A stretch of DNA of 64,000 bases. Origin: Candidatus Latescibacterota bacterium. Its GTDB lineage: Bacteria; Latescibacterota; UBA2968; GCA-2709665. A program made the translations under genes and the position numbers. Each line of letters starts with the position of its first letter. The first letter of the stretch is position 1. The DNA lies in contig OZ242180.1 of the NCBI GenBank assembly GCA_965205485.1, forward strand, positions 928,001 to 992,000, in the 5' to 3' direction. A model generated the notes under the pieces. That model was not told the DNA's origin. It ran no database searches and worked only from the letters and a program-made list of their open reading frames with translations. Positions 1 through 9,991 of the stretch are shown piece after piece.

Positions 1-981
1 ACCGAGCATTACGGGCTTGGAGAGTCCGGCCGCGGCGTGCCCATAGAGGACGTGCGCGCGGGGGCGGCCGTGGTATTGGGACGGGATCCCGAGGCGGTGA
101 CGCTGCAGAATATCTACGAGCCTCGAACCGACGGTACGGAGACGATGCTGACCGTTGGAACGGGTCCCGCGTATCACGCGCTCGAGATGGCGGTCTTCGA
201 CCTGGTGGGCCGTGCGCGCGGGATTCCCGTACATGCGCTGATGGGCGGCGCGGTGCGCGACCGGGTGCGCGCGGACTACTGGATGGGGTCCCAGACGCCC
301 GAAGACGGAAAGCGGACCGTCGCGCGGGCGCTCGAGCACGGCTTCAAGGGCATCAAGATCAAGTGCAAGATCGAGGAGCCGATGGTGGAACGGCTGCGGG
401 CGATCCGGGACGTGGCGGGTCCGGATTTCAAGGTCACGGTGGACCCGAACGAGCGGTTTCGCACGGCGGCGCAGACGATCGAACTCGCCCGCGAACTCGA
501 GGTCCTGGGCAACGTGGAAGTATTTGAAGACCCGATTCCCAAATCGGATCTGGAGGGCTACGTTAAAATATACGAGGCCACCGATATCCCTATCGCAATG
601 CACCTCGGGAGCGGCGATGGGGTGCTCCGTGCGGTGAAGGCCGGCGTGGTGGACTGCGTGAACCTGGGCGGGAGCATGGTGGGCTTTGCGAAGAGCGCCG
701 CCGTCGCGGAGGCGGCCGGGCTGCGCTGCTGGCACGGTTCTGGCGTCGACCTGGGAATTATGGAGGCTTCGTTCGTGCACGCGATATCTGTTGTGCCGAA
801 CTGCACGATGGCGTCGGACATCGTTGGAAGCTGGGTGAGGGAGCACAGCCTGATCCGCGAGTCGAGAGAATTCGCCGACGGATTCACGCCGGTCCCCATG
901 GCGCCGGGGCTGGGATGCGAGCTGGATGTGTCGGCGGTGGAACGGTACAGCCGCGCCTTCGAGTCCGTTCAGGCGCCCTAG
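1..981 (+). CDS. Mandelate racemase/muconate lactonizing enzyme (enolase superfamily) protein, 5'-truncated by the window edge
   Basis: Frame is open from base 1 (TEHYGLGES...). Motifs LEMAVFDLVGR..GIPVHALMGG, GIKIK (KxK), VDPNE, FEDP and C-terminal PGLGCELD. Confidence 0.85.
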   Translation, partial: TEHYGLGESGRGVPIEDVRAGAAVVLGRDPEAVTLQNIYEPRTDGTETMLTVGTGPAYHALEMAVFDLVGRARGIPVHALMGGAVRDRVRADYWMGSQTPEDGKRTVARALEHGFKGIKIKCKIEEPMVERLRAIRDVAGPDFKVTVDPNERFRTAAQTIELARELEVLGNVEVFEDPIPKSDLEGYVKIYEATDIPIAMHLGSGDGVLRAVKAGVVDCVNLGGSMVGFAKSAAVAEAAGLRCWHGSGVDLGIMEASFVHAISVVPNCTMASDIVGSWVREHSLIRESREFADGFTPVPMAPGLGCELDVSAVERYSRAFESVQAP

Positions 982-1047
982 CGTCTCCTGTATGATCTCT
1001 ATTGGAGTCGTGAAACAGAAAATCCCGCCGGGTTTTCGGAGATACGG

Positions 1048-3159
1048 ATGATCGCATTGATCCTGAATTGCCTGCTGTCGTTGACGACACCGGCGCTGGC
1101 CGCGTCTGACATCCCCGCGAAGGTGGACTCCCTGATTCAGGTATCCGCTGACACCTCCCTTGGGCTGGACGGACGCAGGGACATCCTGAAGGAGGCGGCG
1201 AAGCTCGACCGGACCGGAAAGGCCCTGCACGCGCTGGCGCGATTGAGGCTGGAAAAAGGCACCACGTATTCGCGCCAGCAGGCGAGGTCCCTGCTGACGC
1301 GGGCGATGGAACGGGAACCCGAGAATGGGGACTATGTCGCGACCTTCGCGGAGCTGCTCTGGCGCACCGGGCCCAGGTCCGGCTCATACAAGAGAGCACG
1401 GGAGGCCATCTCGCTCGACCCGAAGAATGTCCGCGCGTACTACTGGGCGGGACGGTTCGTGGTCTGGTCGTGGGAAATGACGTTCTTCACCCGGGAGGAC
1501 GAAAGTGACGCCATGCGCGTGGCCGGGGACGGTGACGTGACGACAGGGCGCACGTTCGCGCAGCGCGGTTACGCGGACATGGACGTGGACGTGGGGATCG
1601 ACTATTTGAGCCGCGCCCTGTGGCTGGACGCGGACCACTGGCCGTCCCGCGTGCATCTCGGGCTGGCATACTATATGGCGCGGAAGCCTGACGATCTGAT
1701 TTCCCTCTTTCAGGTCGATATCGAACGCCATCCGGGCCGTGCGGACGCCTACTTTTTCATGGGACTCGGCTATCAGGCAAAGGGACACCCCGAAGCCGCG
1801 TACCGCGCCTACGTGGACGGCCTGGCGCGTCTTTCCGACCGGCAACGCCGCTTCATGCAATCGGTCTTCCTGATGCGTGACAAGAAATCGTGGAAGAACG
1901 AGGAACCCCCTCCGGACGTGGAGGCGATCCGGAAATTCTGGTTCGGGAAGGACCCGTTGTATCTGAGCAAAATCAACGAGCGGATGCTGGAGCAGTGCAG
2001 GCGCGTGGCGTTTGCGAATCTGCGTTTTGGCGACCCCATCAACGGGTACGCCGGATGGGAGACCGACCGGGGACAGGCCTATATCCGATACGGCGACCCT
2101 GTGGCGCGGCACATGACGCCCGCGGACATCGATATGGGCCTGACGAAAACCCTTGAGGAAGAACAGCGGATGAGGAGGGGTCCGTCCGGCGGAATTTTCG
2201 AATTCCACCCTCGCAAGGATACATGGACGTACGACGGGTTCGAAGTTTCATTCCTGAATACGAATTCCTGGGACTCCTGGCGGTTCGGCGAGTCGAAGCT
2301 GGGGGGGCAGACACTGAGCTTCAGCGAACTGGTGAAGTCGGTACCGGATTACTACCGCTATCCCTATCAGTACAGCGTGCCGTATCAGGTCGCGCAGTTC
2401 CGGCGTGAAGAGGGAAAGACGAGCGTGGAAGTGTACTATGCGCTGTCCGGTGATCAGGTCACGCACGAAGAGGTCGGTCCAGGGGTCCGGGAGGTGGACG
2501 TAGTACAGGCGCTGTTCCTGTTCGACACGGCCTGGGATACGCTCCGGCGGGAGGTCGGCCGCGTGCGGCGGATGCCCTGGCTGCACTACGTCTCGACCAA
2601 ACGGGGATACCTGATTGCGAGCGAGCAGTTGACGCTTGCGCCCGGGAATTATTACCTGGCGGGGGAGGCGGAGGACCAGCCGAGCAAGAAGGTTGGGACG
2701 TTCAGGGAACCGTTGGAGGTGAGGCGGTTCAACCCCGATTCGCTGGAGATCAGCAGCCTGCTGATGGCGCGCCGGATCGTGGAACGCGATGAATGGCCGG
2801 TGGAACGCGGCAGGTACATCGTGCTGCCCAACCCATTGCATGAGTGCTCGCGCGATGGAAGCGCGTGGTTTTATTTCGAGGTGTACAACCTGGCGCGAGA
2901 CACTTTCGGCGCCACGCATTACAGGATCGGCTATCAGACGCAGGTGCTTCCGGAGAGGCGGCGGCTGGAGGACCCGGAGCCTGAATGGACGACGGCGGTG
3001 TCCTACACGTACCGGGGCGTCCGGGACTGGGAACCCCGGTATCTGCGGGTGGACATGGACGGTACGTCGCCGGGTCTGCGCACGTTCCGGGTGGTCGTCG
3101 AGGACTTGCTGGCCGGCGCCGAGACCGAATCCACAACACGTTTTCGCGTAAGGTGGTAA
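1048..3159 (+). CDS. GWxTD domain-containing secreted protein with TPR-like repeats
   Basis: Signal peptide-like N-terminus (..TPALA), TPR-like helices (ADAYFFMGLGYQAKG), and FWFGKDP...RRVAFANLRF...GWETDRGQAYIRYGDP signature. Confidence 0.88.
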   Translation: MIALILNCLLSLTTPALAASDIPAKVDSLIQVSADTSLGLDGRRDILKEAAKLDRTGKALHALARLRLEKGTTYSRQQARSLLTRAMEREPENGDYVATFAELLWRTGPRSGSYKRAREAISLDPKNVRAYYWAGRFVVWSWEMTFFTREDESDAMRVAGDGDVTTGRTFAQRGYADMDVDVGIDYLSRALWLDADHWPSRVHLGLAYYMARKPDDLISLFQVDIERHPGRADAYFFMGLGYQAKGHPEAAYRAYVDGLARLSDRQRRFMQSVFLMRDKKSWKNEEPPPDVEAIRKFWFGKDPLYLSKINERMLEQCRRVAFANLRFGDPINGYAGWETDRGQAYIRYGDPVARHMTPADIDMGLTKTLEEEQRMRRGPSGGIFEFHPRKDTWTYDGFEVSFLNTNSWDSWRFGESKLGGQTLSFSELVKSVPDYYRYPYQYSVPYQVAQFRREEGKTSVEVYYALSGDQVTHEEVGPGVREVDVVQALFLFDTAWDTLRREVGRVRRMPWLHYVSTKRGYLIASEQLTLAPGNYYLAGEAEDQPSKKVGTFREPLEVRRFNPDSLEISSLLMARRIVERDEWPVERGRYIVLPNPLHECSRDGSAWFYFEVYNLARDTFGATHYRIGYQTQVLPERRRLEDPEPEWTTAVSYTYRGVRDWEPRYLRVDMDGTSPGLRTFRVVVEDLLAGAETESTTRFRVRW

Positions 3160-3208
3160 CCGGCGAAGAACCCGCCCTTCTGTCGAAGACACAACGTCAA
3201 TGCCAGGG

Positions 3209-3236
3209 GAACCATTCTCTCCTCCGGCGGGTCTAC
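3209..3236 (+). promoter_or_regulatory. Candidate ECF sigma-dependent promoter
   Basis: GAACCA-N16-GTCTAC upstream of the second GWxTD gene, with the same spacing as the motif upstream of the ECF sigma gene at 48870-48897. Confidence 0.4.
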
Positions 3237-3343
3237 AATATGACACGGAATCCGCTGAGGACTTCCCGGAACCGGCTGCCGCTCGCGCTGTCGTCCGGCG
3301 CTTTGACGGTTGACTCTCGTCGCCCGATCAATTGGAAATCCTG

Positions 3344-5377
3344 ATGTTGAGACTCGCCCTGCTGATCACGATCATTCTCTGCGTCTCCAGCCCGACGGCG
3401 GCCGCAAAGCGGGACGCGTACAAGGTGGCGGCCCTGTTGGCCTCCGCGGCGGATACCTCACTGTCGCACATGAAGCGAGTGTCGCTGATGGAGCGGGCGG
3501 CCCGGTATGATCCATCGGGAAGGGCGATGCACGCGCTGGCCAGGCACTATCTGAGCCGTGGCACGGTGTTGTCCAGACGGTTTGCGAGGCAGTGGGTGCA
3601 CAGGGCGATGAAGCGCGAACCGGAGAACGCCGCATACGTCAAGACGTACGCGGAGATCTACTGGCAGGCGGGTTCGCGCGATGAATTCTACGAGCAGATC
3701 CGCCGGGCGATCGCGCTGTCGCCGAATGACGCGGACGCCCTCTATCAGGCCGGAAGATACGCCGCCCGTGAAATGATGTACAATCTCGAACGGGAAACCC
3801 TGAAATCGGGCCCGGAACGGAAGCGAAGGTTTAATTACGGGAATTACGGCGAAGCAATGCGGGAGCAGGCAATCGGCTATCTGAGCCGCGTTCTGGAAGT
3901 GGACCCGAAACATCGTCCCGCACGGATTCTGCTGGGCCAGGTCTACCTCGAGGGCCATATGGCCGTTCGGCTCGTGGAACTGTTCGAGGATTACGCGGAG
4001 CGCAACCCGGAAGACTGGGATGCGTTTTTTTTCACCGGGCTGGGTTACCAGACACGAGAAGAACTGGACAAGGCATTCGCCGCCTATTCGGAAGGCCTGA
4101 AACAGATGTCAGGATTGAAACAGCAATTCATCAGGTCGGTGGTGGTTTTGACGGACCGGGAGGCGTTGAGGGACGGGGGCGAACTTCCTGACGAAGAGAC
4201 CCTGCGCCGGTTCTGGACAGGCCGGGACCCCTTGTTCCTGACACCGGGAAACGAGCGGATGCTTGAACACTGCAGGCGGGTGGCGTATGCCAATCTGAGG
4301 TTTGCCGATCCGGACCGCGGCGTCGAAGGCTGGGAGACGGACCGCGGCCAGGTATACATAAGGTATGGACAACCGGGCGCGCGAAACATCTATCTGGACC
4401 GGATGAATTACGTGCTGCTCCGCGAGACGTGGCGCTATCCGGGGTTCAGCATAACGTTCGAACGCCTGGGTGAAAACAACTGGGACGTGCTGCAGGTTTC
4501 GATTCGGGGATCGGTACGAAGCAAATACAAGGACCTCGTGGAGCGGGTTCCCGAGTACTACAGCGACCCGTACTGGCTGAAACGGTACGACGCGCCCTTC
4601 GAGATCGCGAGGTTTCGCGGCGAGGACGGCAAGACCCGGGTGGAGCTGTACTATGCGCTTTACGGCGAACACGTCGCGCACCGGGAGGTCAGTTCGGGAT
4701 TGCAGGCGGTGGATCTCAGGCAGGGCCTGTTCCTGTTTGACGAAGGATGGCAGGAAGTCAGGAAGACCATTTCACCCATTCATCGAATGCCGTGGATCGA
4801 AGGCAATGCCGTGCGGGATGGATACCTTTTCTGGGGCGAGCGCCTTTCCATGGATCCGGGGACGTACCACCTGGCGGTCGAAACGGAGGACCTGAACAAA
4901 CACAGCCTGGGGACCCTTCGCGATTCGTTGCAGATCAGGCGGTACGGCCGGGACAGGCTGGCAATCAGCGACCTGCTCCTGGCTCAGCGGGTGGTCGAAC
5001 AGGACGATCGACCGTTCGGCCGGGACAGGTTTATGGTGTTGCCCAACCCGTTGAAGCAATGCCAGCGGGACGCCAGCATGTCGTTCTACTTCGAGGTCTA
5101 CAATCTGAAGCGGGACGAGTTCGGCGCCACCCGTTACCGGATCACTTACCAGACCCGCCTGCTTCCGGAAAAGTGGAAGGAAGAGGACGTGGTCATTCCC
5201 GAGTGGACAACGGCCGTGACCAACTCGTACAGAGAGACGAGGGATTGGCAGCCGCATTATCTCACCCTGGATATGGAGGGGTCCACGCCGGGACCATGGG
5301 CATTCAGGGTGATCGTGGAGGACCGGCAGGCGGAAAGCAGGGCGACGAGTTCGGCGGTGTTCCGCGTGATGCCGTGA
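3344..5377 (+). CDS. GWxTD domain-containing secreted protein with TPR-like repeats (paralog of 1048-3159)
   Basis: ATG at 3344 gives signal peptide MLRLALLITIILCVSSPTAAA. FWTGRDP...RRVAYANLRF...GWETDRGQVYIRYGQP; colinear similarity with the upstream gene. Confidence 0.88.
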   Translation: MLRLALLITIILCVSSPTAAAKRDAYKVAALLASAADTSLSHMKRVSLMERAARYDPSGRAMHALARHYLSRGTVLSRRFARQWVHRAMKREPENAAYVKTYAEIYWQAGSRDEFYEQIRRAIALSPNDADALYQAGRYAAREMMYNLERETLKSGPERKRRFNYGNYGEAMREQAIGYLSRVLEVDPKHRPARILLGQVYLEGHMAVRLVELFEDYAERNPEDWDAFFFTGLGYQTREELDKAFAAYSEGLKQMSGLKQQFIRSVVVLTDREALRDGGELPDEETLRRFWTGRDPLFLTPGNERMLEHCRRVAYANLRFADPDRGVEGWETDRGQVYIRYGQPGARNIYLDRMNYVLLRETWRYPGFSITFERLGENNWDVLQVSIRGSVRSKYKDLVERVPEYYSDPYWLKRYDAPFEIARFRGEDGKTRVELYYALYGEHVAHREVSSGLQAVDLRQGLFLFDEGWQEVRKTISPIHRMPWIEGNAVRDGYLFWGERLSMDPGTYHLAVETEDLNKHSLGTLRDSLQIRRYGRDRLAISDLLLAQRVVEQDDRPFGRDRFMVLPNPLKQCQRDASMSFYFEVYNLKRDEFGATRYRITYQTRLLPEKWKEEDVVIPEWTTAVTNSYRETRDWQPHYLTLDMEGSTPGPWAFRVIVEDRQAESRATSSAVFRVMP

Positions 5378-5408
5378 GCCTCGATCGAGACTCGGGCAAA
5401 TAGGTAGG

Positions 5409-5436
5409 GCCGACGGAAATATCGTCGGTTTTTTTT
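5409..5436 (+). terminator. Intrinsic terminator
   Basis: GCCGACG-GAAATAT-CGTCGGT hairpin followed by a run of 8 T, between convergent genes. Confidence 0.75.
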
Positions 5437-5467
5437 GTGGCGGCAGGATTTCGGGTATGCAACACGC

Positions 5468-7447
5468 TCAGTAATTATGCACGCCGTGCCCCTGGCCCGG
5501 AAACCAGATCGCGTCAACGAGGAAGGAGAGTGTGATGGCCAGCACATAGCCGGTCAGGAGTCCCAGAAAGGCCGGCTGCCATTTTCTGTAGAGATTGACG
5601 CCGCCAACCTTGAGCAGGATGGCCTTGATCGCCCAGACGACGAAGATCGAAAAGAACGTGAGTTGGGTGTTCCATGAGAAGGCAATGGGAAATGCGATGG
5701 GGTGAAACGGCCACCATGGCAGCCGGTAGTGCAGAAAGGTCAGCAGTGACATCGCGGCGGCGCCCACGCAGAACACGGCCAGACGCTCCCAACTGGTATC
5801 GAAGGGGCTTCTCATCTGGGTAACGGTGAGGTCGTACGCGAAGCGTCCGGCGCTGGAGAAGGGCCAGGCGTTGAAATTGAAAGCGCCGGTCCGATAGCCC
5901 AGGAAGATGGTGAGGGCGAAGTCGGCCGCGAGGCCCACGACCACGACCAGTGCCAGGGCAGGCACAAGCCGCCGCCGGTTCCGGCGGATGAGGTCCGCGA
6001 GTCGGACCACGTGCATGAAGGGCGCCATAAAGGTGCCCTTGCCCTGGCAGACGAGGCTGTACGTGAGGCTGATGCCGGACATGCTCGAGGGCGAAAGCGC
6101 ACTGGTGCCGATCGTGTACAGGGCGGCGTACTGTTCGGTCAATGTAGTACGCATATAGGCCAGACCCGTCTCGCAGACGATTCGGGCGATGGATAGGTAG
6201 TTGACGATCAGGGCGGGCACGAGAAGCGCGACGAGTTTCCCCTGCATGCCCAGTTGGGAAAAGAAGGCGCAGACAAAGCTGAGGCTGCCGATGAGTCCGA
6301 ACACGGCAAACCGGTACGAGAGCAGTTCACCGGCGTCGTCGGCGTCCCCTTTCCCGAATGCCCTGGCGAAGACGGCCCTGATGTGGGTGCGGGCGGTCCA
6401 GAGATTCCACAGCACCAGCACGGTCAGCGCGCCGAATCCCTGCCAGGCCGTGACCTCGGTTTCGGCGGAAAAGTTGAGCGGCTTGCGCGGGATCACGTAT
6501 CCGATGCGGTTGATGATGCCGTTTTCGAACCAGAAAAACAGCACGAAGAAGACCCAGATAGAGAACAGGATATTCAGGTTGGCGAAGTACGCGAATCCCG
6601 CTGTCAGAAAGTTGATGCGGGTGTTGACCCGAGGAAAGCCTTTTGCAAAGACGACCCACTTGCCCTGCAAGGGGATCTTGGGCACGACCGGCCAGAAATA
6701 GTTGAGGATATTCCAGGAAATGGCGCCGAATCCCACGCCGAAACCGCCCCAGAAAAGCCCCCCACGAAGGGCATCCGGAAGAAAACCGCCACGGCTCCCG
6801 CGCGTGAGGGTAGCCCCCACGGATGCAAGCGGAAAGACCAGGCGCTCGTTCCGCACCCACTGCTTGCGGAGGATTACCGAGATACAGAACAGGAGCGTGC
6901 ATAGGGCCAACAGGAAGAAGATCCAACTGATCAAAGGAGCAATCCAGGCGTGATAAGGCGCCTGCTGCCCCTCGGGCAGCCCCTCGTAGAACCATTTCAT
7001 CGCGTGATTCTCGTTCGAGGGCACAGCCCACTCGGGAATATTTGGATGGAGATAGTTGGCCCACTGATTCTCAGGCGTGGCGAAATAGTAGACGCCGGAG
7101 AGAATGCCCAGAAGAAAGCCCGTGATGCCCGACGTCGGTACCACGGCGCCGACGAACCCCATCGCCAGGATGGTGAGCAGTTCGGACGACTGCAGGGCGC
7201 TGTGCGGACGGAGGCGGCGGACGAAGCCGTTGACGATGACCAGCACGAGGAAGGCGGCGAAGAGGGCGAGGGGGAAAAAGGAGAGCTGCATCCGCGAGGC
7301 GTGGATGACGTATTCGGTGGTTGAAATCCAGAAATTCACGACGAGCACGAGCAGCAGGCCGATGCCGACGGCGCGAAGCGTCACCGCGTCGGTCTTCAGT
7401 GCCGTTTGGGATTCGGACTCCGCTCGAGTTGCGGAACTCTGCGCCAT
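5468..7447 (-). CDS. Polytopic membrane protein, DUF6785/DUF6784-like (putative transporter)
   Basis: 659 aa with many hydrophobic helices. Motifs YYFATPENQW, LRKQWVRNERLVFPLA, PWWPFHPI, FLGLLTGY, WFPGQGH are shared with 22937-24907 and 25027-27012. Confidence 0.8.
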   Translation of the reverse strand: MAQSSATRAESESQTALKTDAVTLRAVGIGLLLVLVVNFWISTTEYVIHASRMQLSFFPLALFAAFLVLVIVNGFVRRLRPHSALQSSELLTILAMGFVGAVVPTSGITGFLLGILSGVYYFATPENQWANYLHPNIPEWAVPSNENHAMKWFYEGLPEGQQAPYHAWIAPLISWIFFLLALCTLLFCISVILRKQWVRNERLVFPLASVGATLTRGSRGGFLPDALRGGLFWGGFGVGFGAISWNILNYFWPVVPKIPLQGKWVVFAKGFPRVNTRINFLTAGFAYFANLNILFSIWVFFVLFFWFENGIINRIGYVIPRKPLNFSAETEVTAWQGFGALTVLVLWNLWTARTHIRAVFARAFGKGDADDAGELLSYRFAVFGLIGSLSFVCAFFSQLGMQGKLVALLVPALIVNYLSIARIVCETGLAYMRTTLTEQYAALYTIGTSALSPSSMSGISLTYSLVCQGKGTFMAPFMHVVRLADLIRRNRRRLVPALALVVVVGLAADFALTIFLGYRTGAFNFNAWPFSSAGRFAYDLTVTQMRSPFDTSWERLAVFCVGAAAMSLLTFLHYRLPWWPFHPIAFPIAFSWNTQLTFFSIFVVWAIKAILLKVGGVNLYRKWQPAFLGLLTGYVLAITLSFLVDAIWFPGQGHGVHNY

Positions 7448-7480
7448 CTTTCCCTTTCAGTGGATCCCACCGCAAGAGGA

Positions 7481-7506
7481 CGGGCGCCCACAAGGGACGC
7501 CCCTAC
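7481..7506. repeat. REP-like palindromic repeat (GTAG type), copy 1
   Basis: CGGGCGCCCACAAGGGACGCCCCTAC, identical to 51542-51567. Imperfect hairpin with GTAG at the 5' end of the minus strand. Confidence 0.8.
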
Positions 7507-7619
7507 GATGCGAGGTAGTGGGAATTTTCACCAATACATAGAATCGAGAGCATATATTCTGCTCCCGCCTTTACCCTGTTTATCCTGTCCAACCCTGTTT
7601 GTCTCGTCTTCTAAATTGC

Positions 7620-8588
7620 CTAAGTATCCTCCGGTTCCTTCAGCTTCCAGCCCGGATTCGTGCCGCCCTGCATGTCTGGCGGAAGGGGTTCCGCCAGATT
7701 GCCGTAGAGGCCGGGGCGGCGCGCGCGCAGATAGCGGTACCCGGAGGAGACCGGTATCTTATCGGGCGTGAGCAACCCCACCACGACGTCGTCCTCCAGC
7801 GCCTCCGACTCGACCAGGACTTCGCCGAACGGGTCCAGGATCATCGCATTGCCATTCTTGACGGTATCGTGATCCACGCCTATGGGATTCGTATAAACGG
7901 CGTAGACGCCGTTCTCATAGGCGCGCGCCGGCAGCCAGCGCATGAGCCAGCCACGACCCTTCGGTCCGTTAAATTCCTGCCGGAGCGATACCGGGTCGCG
8001 ATGACGGTTCTCCCAGAGGGCGCGGTCGATGACGCCCCGGCCGGGCATGGCGGAGGGCAACCCGCAGGTAACGTGAGGCATGAAGATGATTTCCGCGCCC
8101 ATCATCGCCGTCAGGCGCACGTTTTCAGGCAGGTTGTTGTCGTAGCAGATCAGGATGCCCAACCGGCAGCCGCGGAGGTCGAAGACGGTGAACGCGTCGC
8201 CGGAGTCGATGAACTTGCTGATGAAGGCGTGCAGCTTGCGATGCTTCGCGACGTAGCCCTCCGGACCCACGGCGACATAGGTGTTGTAGAGTGCATCGCG
8301 TTCCGCTTCCACAAGGCCGGCCAGTACGGCGACGTTGTATTCCCTTGCGATGTCGATAAGGCGATTCGTGGATGGACCGCCCGGAACGGGCTCGGCCAGT
8401 TCGGCGATCAGGGAACGTGGGAGGGTCTGCAGAAAAGTGTAGCCCGGAATGCAGCATTCGTGGAAGGAGACGATTTCGGCGCCCGCGTCGACGGCCCGCC
8501 TCGTAAGGGCGTCGATGCGGGAGAGGTTGTAGGGTTTGTCGGCATCCCGCGCTTCGAACTGTGCGGCGCCGACTCTGATGTCGCGCAT
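7620..8588 (-). CDS. Nitrilase/carbon-nitrogen hydrolase family protein
   Basis: E-K-C catalytic triad context: FHECC, HRKLH, ICYDNN; also ARAYENGVY. Confidence 0.9.
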   Translation of the reverse strand: MRDIRVGAAQFEARDADKPYNLSRIDALTRRAVDAGAEIVSFHECCIPGYTFLQTLPRSLIAELAEPVPGGPSTNRLIDIAREYNVAVLAGLVEAERDALYNTYVAVGPEGYVAKHRKLHAFISKFIDSGDAFTVFDLRGCRLGILICYDNNLPENVRLTAMMGAEIIFMPHVTCGLPSAMPGRGVIDRALWENRHRDPVSLRQEFNGPKGRGWLMRWLPARAYENGVYAVYTNPIGVDHDTVKNGNAMILDPFGEVLVESEALEDDVVVGLLTPDKIPVSSGYRYLRARRPGLYGNLAEPLPPDMQGGTNPGWKLKEPEDT

Positions 8589-8679
8589 GAAATTCCGATC
8601 TTGCCGTCCGCGATCGGGCTGAAGGCAATCTAAAGGACTGGACTTCTCGGGCGTCTCCGCGGGAATTGGGGAAAGGACG

Positions 8680-9621
8680 TCAGGCCGTTCCGTCCACCAG
8701 CCCCTTCATGTAGCCGATGGCGTAGAGCCTTCCCATCAGGGTGTAGCCCGGCGGGTCGTTGGCTTCGCCGGAAAGCACCGGGACGTGGTCCGGCCGTATG
8801 GGTCCGGTGAAACCGATGTCCCGGTACGCCCGGATGCACTCGGCCATGTCCGTGTCGCCCTCGTCATGGAAGGTCTCCTCGAAGCTGGGTACGGTTCCTC
8901 TCACGTCGCGGAAGTGGGAGAAATGGATCCTGTCCCCGAACCGGCGGATGGCTGCCGGCACGTCCGCGCCCATTGCTGCGAAGTTGCCCTGGCAGAAGGT
9001 AATGCCGTTGTATTCGCTGGGAACCATGTCGATGACGCGCTGGAACGCGTCTACGCTGGTGATGATGCGGCCGATTCCCCGGACGGGCGAGAGGGGCGGA
9101 TCGTCAGGGTGCAGCGCCTGCCTTACGCCGGCCTCTTCGGCCACGGGAATGACACGCTCGAGAAAGTATTCCAGGGATTCCCAGAGCAGTGCTTCGCTCA
9201 CTTCCCCATATTTCGTAGGGGGCGCGTCCTGCATCAGCGTGTCATCGTAACTGCTCACAAACGCATCTCCCCGGCCGCGCGTTGTGAAAGAGGTACGCAT
9301 CCAGTTGAATACCGCCATCCAGTTCCAGCACATGATCCCGATACCGGCCGCGCCCAGGTTGCGGATGGTCTGGCAGTACGCGTCGATATCCGCGTCACGG
9401 CCATCCAGACCCAGCGTGATGCGGTTCGAGATCAGTACGGACTCCACCACGGACCACGTGAGACCCGCGTCCGCGATGCGTTGCTTGTGATGTACGATGG
9501 CGTCAAAGTCCCAGATCGGCCCGCCGTTGGGAAGTGTCGTTACAAGGTCGGTCACGCCGATCTGGCGGGCGAGGGCCATCCGTTCTTCGTCGAGGGGCGA
9601 CAGGACCAGTGCGAATCTCAT
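8680..9621 (-). CDS. uxuA: Mannonate dehydratase
   Basis: WNWMAVFNWMRT, ALHPDDPP, NGITFCQG, HFRDVRG, FEETFHDEGD, IRPDHVP and GRLYAIGYMKGL motifs. Confidence 0.92.
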   Translation of the reverse strand: MRFALVLSPLDEERMALARQIGVTDLVTTLPNGGPIWDFDAIVHHKQRIADAGLTWSVVESVLISNRITLGLDGRDADIDAYCQTIRNLGAAGIGIMCWNWMAVFNWMRTSFTTRGRGDAFVSSYDDTLMQDAPPTKYGEVSEALLWESLEYFLERVIPVAEEAGVRQALHPDDPPLSPVRGIGRIITSVDAFQRVIDMVPSEYNGITFCQGNFAAMGADVPAAIRRFGDRIHFSHFRDVRGTVPSFEETFHDEGDTDMAECIRAYRDIGFTGPIRPDHVPVLSGEANDPPGYTLMGRLYAIGYMKGLVDGTA

Positions 9622-9991
9622 TGGATTGGTCTCCTAATCGGGTGTATGGACGGCGTGATGACATGTCGATCGTGCCACGGTTGAAAGGCCTACCAATTTA
9701 TGCGATCAGGGATTGATGCGCAAATCGAAAGGCGCCCTGAATAACGCATATCACGACAACCTGTGTACATTTAGATGCGCCCACAGCCCAACGCGTTTGG
9801 AATGCTGGGACGGACTCAAACAGGTTCTACCCGAGGCGGTCCATACATTCCCCCCAAACGCGTTCAGTAAATACAAATGATGCCTCAGCCAAAAACAGGA
9901 TTCGAGGCGTGAGGCATCAGGTGTGCTGAGTAATAATACTTCTGTCGTAGAACGAATTGATCTGCGAGCACGTGAACGGATAGGGCTTATT

